From Sporopachydermia quercuum (taxonomy: Eukaryota): a stretch of 64,000 nucleotides of DNA. The stretch's first letter is position 1; each line of letters begins with the position of its first letter. Below, piece by piece: positions 57,630-64,000 of this stretch. Under the pieces are notes generated by a model, which ran no database searches, was not told where the DNA came from, and was given only the letters and a program-made list of their open reading frames with translations. Position numbers and translations under genes: made by a program. Location of the stretch: contig BCGN01000003.1 in assembly GCA_001599295.1 (NCBI GenBank), forward strand, positions 1,736,001-1,800,000, written 5' to 3'.

Positions 57630-60344
57630 ATGAACAGAATATTGGGCTGGCTAGGTATAATTGCTGTACTCATTATACAATATGGCGGGTATTTTCTATT
57701 TACCCGAGGATTCTTCCCAAAGAAAGTACTGCTACCAGGACTAGGCTCTTATTATCCAGATGCGACTAATGAATTCCCAGAGGAAGTAAAATTTAATAGT
57801 ATGATATTCATACTGATCGATGCTTTGAGATCTGATTTTATATTCTCAAATGCTTCAGAAATGAGTGCAGTCCATGCATTGATAAACTCAGGCGAAGCAA
57901 TTGGCTTTACTGCGTATTCTACTCCTCCGACAGTGACATTACCTAGAATTAAAGGGATTACTACAGGATCAACTCCCAATTTCCTTGATGCTGTATTGAA
58001 TATAGCAGAGTCGGACAATTCTTCATCACTGGGGACGTCTGACAGTTGGCTGATGCAGCTGAATAATAAGGGCAAGAGAATCAATATGTTTGGTGACGAT
58101 ACGTGGCTGAAGCTATTCCCCGGGTTATTCAATGAAAATGAAGGAACATCTAGTTTTTTTGTTTCTGATTTTACAGAAGTTGATAATAACGTTACAAGAC
58201 ATATTGACGATCAGCTAAATAGAGGAAATGACTGGGAAGTGCTGATTCTACATTATCTAGGCTTAGATCATATTGGACATAAAGGGGGACCAGATAGCCC
58301 TTTCATGCCAGCAAAGCAGCGTGAAATGAATGAGATCATCTCCAGAACTTATGAATATACCAGTAAAAACAATGGACTGCTTATTGTATGTGGTGACCAC
58401 GGTATGAACGAATTAGGGAACCATGGAGGTTCTTCCAAAGGTGAGATTTCCTCTGGGCTTCTATTTGCTTCACCAAAATTCAAAGGGTTGCATGGGCTAA
58501 ATGTAGAAAGCCCATTACCAGTCAATGATGACTTCGAATACTATGGCAATATCGACCAGGTTGATTTAGTTCCAACCCTTTCAATGCTTCTCAATATACC
58601 TATACCTATTAATAGTGTGGGTGTAGTCATAGAACCTTTATTATACCTTTATTCTCAACAGTCACAACAGGAGATCCTTACTCAAAACAGCTATCAGCTG
58701 AAGCAAGTCGTGGAAGAATTTTACGGATACACCTTTGATGCAGCAAAATATCAAGACAATAAACTGTCCTTGTCAGAGTGTGAGTCTTTCCCAACTGAGT
58801 TCCAAAAGTTAGAATGTCTATGGTTTCGTCAAGTAAATGAACCAACATCAGAAACCAAATATCAATTCTTACGTGAAGCACAGTCAATTCTTTCTCAAGC
58901 CAGTAGTAATTATAATTTCCAGGATTTACAGTCAGGAATTGGTATTTTAATAATTGCTTCCATAGCATCATTGTCGCTTTACTTCAAGTATACTTCAAGC
59001 TCGTTGGTTATCGACCTAGTGCTGGTCTCAGTATCAGTAATATATGCTACTATATTCTTTGGCTCAAGTTTGATAGAAGAGGAGTATCAAATATGGTACT
59101 GGATTGAAGCTTCTGTTTTGGTATTATTGATCATCGTTGGTATAAAGCTGAAATGCGATAAAACAGTTGTTTTGGACTGGCTAAAGATCTTCACACTTGT
59201 TCGTTCTATTCGTTGTTTTAATCTAACAGGGCAAAAATTTACCACTGGGCCGTCGTTGGCTAATTTTCTATCCAATCCTGATTATAGTTATCTTCTATGG
59301 TTTATTGTAGCTATAACGTTCGGTAAATACTGTTATAACATAACTAAAGGGGGATTTTCAATACTGACTCAGACTGTATCTTTTATGATTGGTTTCTGCT
59401 TCACTATTATAGCCTTTGTCTTCAAAGTGACTCAAGCCTCCAACAGCAATGAGAAACTACCACCAATTTTGCTGAAACTGATTGAACTGAATGTTGAAAT
59501 TGTGCCTGGGGAGCTCATTGATAATAGTGTTCTCGTTTCATTAGCCAAGTTAGTTTTCAGATTTGCTGGTGCTTTGATTATATTCAGAGCAATTCTACTA
59601 CAGTTGGGTGGAAAAGAGAACTCATATAACAGTGGGAAATCTAAATTTTTCTCTGATATATGCAACATAATTGGTGTTGCGCTGATCATTCAAACAAGAC
59701 CAGTTAATATTGGTATGTTTTTGGTGTTTGACTTGCTTAGAGAGCAGATAATAGTCACTTTAAATAAATATCTTCTGCGAGTTGCCAAAGGAACTCATTT
59801 AGAAAGAATCTGTTTGAAGGAAGTACCTGTTATACTATTTGTCATCATACTAGGCATCAGTAACATCTCTTTTTTCTCATTGGGAGAAACCAACTCATTG
59901 GCTTCTATTGATTTGTCCAACGCATATAATGGTATTGATGATTACTTGATTGTTCCCGTGGGAATTCTCACATTTGTCAGCAATTGGGTTGGACCCATCT
60001 ATTGGAGCATTGCTACTACAACAATCTTGCTAGAGAACGACCTGATATCGGCTGTGATACTTTTTTCGCTAAGGAGAAAAACCAATGATGAGAAGAAAGA
60101 GTTTTCTACTAACGGATTGAAGAGGATCAAGTGGACATTGTTTCAAAATCTGATTATCGCATCATTAGTTTTCTATTCTATTGCATCAGTAGGTATCTTG
60201 ACTGCTTGCACAATGTTGAGACATCATTTGTTCGTATGGACAGTGTTCTCACCAAAAGTCCTATACTTTTTCTCGTGGTCAATTTTGATGAATGGCGTTA
60301 TTTCGGCATTCATTTTAAGCATTTTTGTATATATTTATGGATAA
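57630..60344 (+). CDS. GPI7: GPI ethanolamine-phosphate transferase 2 (Gpi7/Las21/PIG-G)
   Basis: IDALRSDF, PPTVTLPRIKGITTGSTPNFLD, LHYLGLDHIGH, GDHGM, NSLASIDLSNAYNG and RHHLFVWTVFSPK. Confidence 0.95.
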   Translation: MNRILGWLGIIAVLIIQYGGYFLFTRGFFPKKVLLPGLGSYYPDATNEFPEEVKFNSMIFILIDALRSDFIFSNASEMSAVHALINSGEAIGFTAYSTPPTVTLPRIKGITTGSTPNFLDAVLNIAESDNSSSLGTSDSWLMQLNNKGKRINMFGDDTWLKLFPGLFNENEGTSSFFVSDFTEVDNNVTRHIDDQLNRGNDWEVLILHYLGLDHIGHKGGPDSPFMPAKQREMNEIISRTYEYTSKNNGLLIVCGDHGMNELGNHGGSSKGEISSGLLFASPKFKGLHGLNVESPLPVNDDFEYYGNIDQVDLVPTLSMLLNIPIPINSVGVVIEPLLYLYSQQSQQEILTQNSYQLKQVVEEFYGYTFDAAKYQDNKLSLSECESFPTEFQKLECLWFRQVNEPTSETKYQFLREAQSILSQASSNYNFQDLQSGIGILIIASIASLSLYFKYTSSSLVIDLVLVSVSVIYATIFFGSSLIEEEYQIWYWIEASVLVLLIIVGIKLKCDKTVVLDWLKIFTLVRSIRCFNLTGQKFTTGPSLANFLSNPDYSYLLWFIVAITFGKYCYNITKGGFSILTQTVSFMIGFCFTIIAFVFKVTQASNSNEKLPPILLKLIELNVEIVPGELIDNSVLVSLAKLVFRFAGALIIFRAILLQLGGKENSYNSGKSKFFSDICNIIGVALIIQTRPVNIGMFLVFDLLREQIIVTLNKYLLRVAKGTHLERICLKEVPVILFVIILGISNISFFSLGETNSLASIDLSNAYNGIDDYLIVPVGILTFVSNWVGPIYWSIATTTILLENDLISAVILFSLRRKTNDEKKEFSTNGLKRIKWTLFQNLIIASLVFYSIASVGILTACTMLRHHLFVWTVFSPKVLYFFSWSILMNGVISAFILSIFVYIYG

Positions 60345-61408
60345 TTTTATCATAAAAAGGATTGATATAGTTCATTATCAAAGGAAATTTCTTAAAAACC
60401 ATGAGCAATTGCGAGGTGACGGAAATATAGTTAAGGTTGATGCAGGTACATGCGGGATTGAAAAGGCAAACTTTAGAATGAAGATCGGAATAATGGATTA
60501 ATCTGTATGATTTCGTAATGCCTAAGAGGAAAAAAAGAATATAATCTCTCTTATGATTTATTGAGAAGGTGTGAGAGTGTTGGATGACCTGAGAGGAGAT
60601 AAAGCTTCGTTTCAGTATTCAGGATCAACGTAACACTAAGAATATCCCTATCCAAACCATGCAGTAGATTTTACTTTGGATACATGACCTCTAATTGGAC
60701 ACACCTTCCTCTATATTGTTTCTTCGTATTCTTTCTCCATACTGTTAGTACTTCAACATTGAAAGAGCTACAAATCAATTGAGTTTCAATAGATATACAT
60801 AATTAGATAAAATTTCTCTTCGCAGTATCTCACATCACTCTTATTGCATTATCTCTCTGATCCATATCATTCCAAGCCTTCTTACGCTTCCCCAATTGTT
60901 TATTACACAATCATAAACTACTACTAGAAGAAAGTTTCAGCGGCATATTACCATGACAACATTACCGAATTAGGCCTATATTTACCCGACATCAACTGAT
61001 CACATAATCATAAAGACCAATCAAATTATATTACACTCGCGTTGTTATGCATCTCTGTGCATACACTTAACGTCACTTTAAAACCAAAAACGGAAAACAA
61101 TAACAAAAATTAATGATTGTAGCATTTCAAATGATGTTTTTATATGGGACACAACATTTCCTTTCCTGTTTTTATATTTTGCTTAACGGGCTATTTGTTT
61201 ATTTAATTTGTTTTGGTTAGTGTTAACAAGATACTCACTCATTCTCAAACTGTATAATTTATTTGAAGTTATACGAATTGTGATAATCTTTTCAAGGACG
61301 TATTGCACCATTTATACTTGAATATTGAATTAAGTAATCGATATCAAGTGATTGATCGCGAATAGTATCAGCCACTATATATATACACCACACACAACAA
61401 ATATAAAG

Positions 61409-61801
61409 ATGGCAGGCGGTAAAGGAAAAGGAAAAACAGGAGCTAAAGATGGTGGATTGAAATCTCAATCAAGTTCTGCTAGAGCTGGTCTGCAATTCCC
61501 TGTCGGAAGAATAAAGAGATATTTGAAGAGAAATGCTCAAAACAAAGTAAGAGTAGGTGCTAAATCAGCGATCTATTTAACAGCTGTATTGGAATATTTA
61601 ACTGCCGAAGTATTAGAACTGGCTGGTAACGCTGCTAAGGATTTGAAAGTCAAGAGAATCACTCCTCGTCATTTGCAACTTGCCATTAGGGGCGATGAAG
61701 AGCTGGATTCTTTGATTAAAGCCACGATTGCTTATGGTGGTGTATTACCACACATCAACAAGGCATTGCTACTAAAGGTGGAGCAGAAGAAGAAGAAATA
61801 A
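61409..61801 (+). CDS. HTZ1: Histone variant H2A.Z
   Basis: [46 protein letters not shown] and [12 protein letters not shown]; start at ATG 61409. Confidence 0.98.
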   Translation: MAGGKGKGKTGAKDGGLKSQSSSARAGLQFPVGRIKRYLKRNAQNKVRVGAKSAIYLTAVLEYLTAEVLELAGNAAKDLKVKRITPRHLQLAIRGDEELDSLIKATIAYGGVLPHINKALLLKVEQKKKK

Positions 61802-62774
61802 ACTCACTCCCTTTTTATGATTGTATTATTGAAGAGCCAAACAAAATGAGACAGGGAAAGCAGGTAAAGATTATTGGTTGGGGAAATGAGAAACTGAAAA
61901 TCAAATATATGTGTGGAATAGCATGATACTTACCATCAACAACACTGAACTCTTTATTTCATCAATCAGAACTTCAACTTAGGAACTATCTAATCATCAC
62001 AGTTGCTATTTGGTCAAACTAAATTCATCGCCTCATTTGGTGTTTGTGTCAATTTTTCTTGTTTTTCTTTCAGATTGTTCTAAATCAGTGTTGTGTATAG
62101 GATTCAATATCAACCTATTAGTTGATTCCTTCATAATGTTTGATTTGAATTAGATTATCGTCTCTCTCATTTTAAAACCTTTTGTGTACATTATTTTGTG
62201 TTCCGATTTATCGGTCATCAGTTTGTTTAATCATCATCATTGTTTATTATTGATTTATTTCATCAATTAGTTTCCAAACATGTTGAAGCACCCTGTAAGT
62301 AATCACAGAACTAGTAGCAGTGCAGTTTCTAACTGGTACTACTAACAACCTATGTCATCAATCAATAGTTACCACGTTAATTCGACACAGTCTATCATAG
62401 TTATTACCACTGATCCTATTCTATTGCTTGTATTAATCAAATCCAGGATATGTGTATTTTAACAACCATTTGGAAGGCACTTTTTTTTATGAATATGCTT
62501 TCTACACAGAAAGGCTAATGATGATGGGACCCTTGTCTTGAGACAGCTTAAGCAAGAAAAAGACATTATGTAAAGTTTCGTTTGTATGGATAGTCTTCCT
62601 AATCAAGGAAATATTACTATCATATTTAATAGATTTATTAATGTTGATGTTTTGATACTATTACTGGGATTGTTCTGAATCGAGAAAGACGAAGCTATTG
62701 AGCCCATTAACTGTGCATTTCTATATCTCTTTTCTGATATTCTCTATAGCTACCTCTATAGCTAAAAAAAAACA

Positions 62775-63914
62775 ATGGCATCTACTGCTATCATCAGTCA
62801 TAACATAAAAACCAAGTATCCACCTTGCGCCTTACAGTTTCATCCTGATGTAACTGATTTACTAGTAGTAGGAACATACCAATTAAATAAAGAGAAAGCC
62901 GTCGGTGAACCAGAGTATAGAACTGGATCAATAGACTCTTTTAGGATACATGAAAATAGCAATGAGTTACAGCTAATACAGCAGGTAGAGATACCCATGG
63001 CAATACTCGATGTTAAGGTGAATCCTCTGGATCACAACCATTATGTAATAGCTACATCTGTTGGTAAACTATTATCATGTACAGTAACGACAGATGGTAA
63101 GATAAGTCTTGATTTTGAAACCTCAGTTACTAGTTCTGATACATTGATCACCTGTGTTAATTTTTTTGGAACATCTAAAGGTGAAACAGATCAAACAAGA
63201 GTACTTTTCACAGCAGTGGATGGATCTATTGGAATAGCGTTACTGGAGAAAGAGAAATTTACAGTATTGAAAACATTTCACAGACATGACCTGGAAGCTT
63301 GGACAGGAATTGCTGTAAGGTTTGATGAAAGCGAGGATCAGTTGATTATCACTGGAGGTGATGATGCAAGATTAGCAATTACCAAGTTTGATTCACATTC
63401 ACTGGAAAATAACAGAGAAAGTGAAGAAGACAGAGAAGAAGATGATGATGCCGAGTCTAATGCACAGAAAATCAATCTTGAAAGATTACACGACGGGGGC
63501 ATAGTATCAATACTGCCGGGGTGTGAGGTATCAAATAAAGGATCAAAGTATGAATTATGGACAGGTGCATATGACGATCAACTGAAAGTACTAGATGTTG
63601 AAAAGGTTGTAAAATACGGAATTACGAGACCAATTGTTAAACAGAGATTGAATCTTGGTGGTGGGGTATGGAGGTTGATTCCTTGTCCCAAGAATAAAAC
63701 TAATGAGAGTGACCACGACTATGTACTAGTTTGTTGTATGTATAATGGTGCTGCTGTTGTCAGTAGAGATAGGAATTCTGGTGAAGTAGATATTGTCAGT
63801 CAATTACATGAAGGCCACGAAAGTATGGTCTATGGGGGAGATTGGGATAAAGAAGGTGAGAAACTAGCAACCTGCAGTTTTTATGATAACTCATTACAGG
63901 TTTGGACAATATAG
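62775..63914 (+). CDS. RRT2: Diphthine methylesterase Dph7/Rrt2 (WD40)
   Basis: LVVGTYQL, HDLEAW, TGGDD, TGAYDD, NLGGGVWRL, CMYNGA, HESMVYGGDW and ATCSFYD. Confidence 0.93.
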   Translation: MASTAIISHNIKTKYPPCALQFHPDVTDLLVVGTYQLNKEKAVGEPEYRTGSIDSFRIHENSNELQLIQQVEIPMAILDVKVNPLDHNHYVIATSVGKLLSCTVTTDGKISLDFETSVTSSDTLITCVNFFGTSKGETDQTRVLFTAVDGSIGIALLEKEKFTVLKTFHRHDLEAWTGIAVRFDESEDQLIITGGDDARLAITKFDSHSLENNRESEEDREEDDDAESNAQKINLERLHDGGIVSILPGCEVSNKGSKYELWTGAYDDQLKVLDVEKVVKYGITRPIVKQRLNLGGGVWRLIPCPKNKTNESDHDYVLVCCMYNGAAVVSRDRNSGEVDIVSQLHEGHESMVYGGDWDKEGEKLATCSFYDNSLQVWTI

Positions 63915-64000
63915 TAGTTCATATGCATTCATAATTGTCCATATAGGATGATTTTGATACTCGATTTAATTATTTTGGATCATCCGCAATACTTTCCACC

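Noticed and set aside
61926..61934. ATACTTACC, identical to the 5' end of U1 snRNA
   Set aside because: Only 9 nt, in the HTZ1 3' region, with no recognisable U1 stem-loops after it.
53411..63914. Apparent clustering of translation-related genes (ARC1, DOM34, DPH7); also SKP1 with an F-box gene and MEP with URE2 in one window
   Set aside because: Interspersed with unrelated genes and no shared regulatory element seen; expected by chance at yeast gene density.

Overview
Eukaryotic (budding-yeast) chromosomal DNA, AT-rich. CUG reads as Leu at invariant positions (Skp1 ILAANY, H2A.Z AGLQFP). Short spliceosomal introns are frequent (GTAAGT/GTATGT/GTGAGT...CTAAC...YAG), which suggests an intron-rich, early-diverging Saccharomycotina yeast (inference). 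Genes in order: MEP ammonium permease (partial), QTRT2-like TGT subunit, SKP1, LAM/Ltc sterol-transfer protein, SAE3/Swi5, TVP23, ALD2-type dehydrogenase, URE2, orphan GNAT, PMP1 proteolipid, MCM1, PGM, YKU80, MTC2-like, F-box protein, COX20, a probable LINE-like relic beside tRNA-Cys, Sel1-repeat protein, PFF1, ARC1, DOM34, Tim17-superfamily-like protein, GPI7, HTZ1 and RRT2/DPH7. Several of these are spliced genes that the ORF track misses or fragments. Best leads: (1) a non-LTR retrotransposon relic with an open ORF1 and a decayed APE-endonuclease ORF2 next to a tRNA gene; (2) a spliced 47-aa microprotein/antisense unit head-to-head with ALD; (3) a cluster of G.U-containing hairpins between MCM1 and PGM; (4) a QTRT2 lacking its zinc ligands; (5) splicing-linked start-codon arrangements at ARC1 and MCM1; (6) a 15-nt perfect U2 snRNA complement in a 5' leader. 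All family calls come from recalled motifs, not from database searches.
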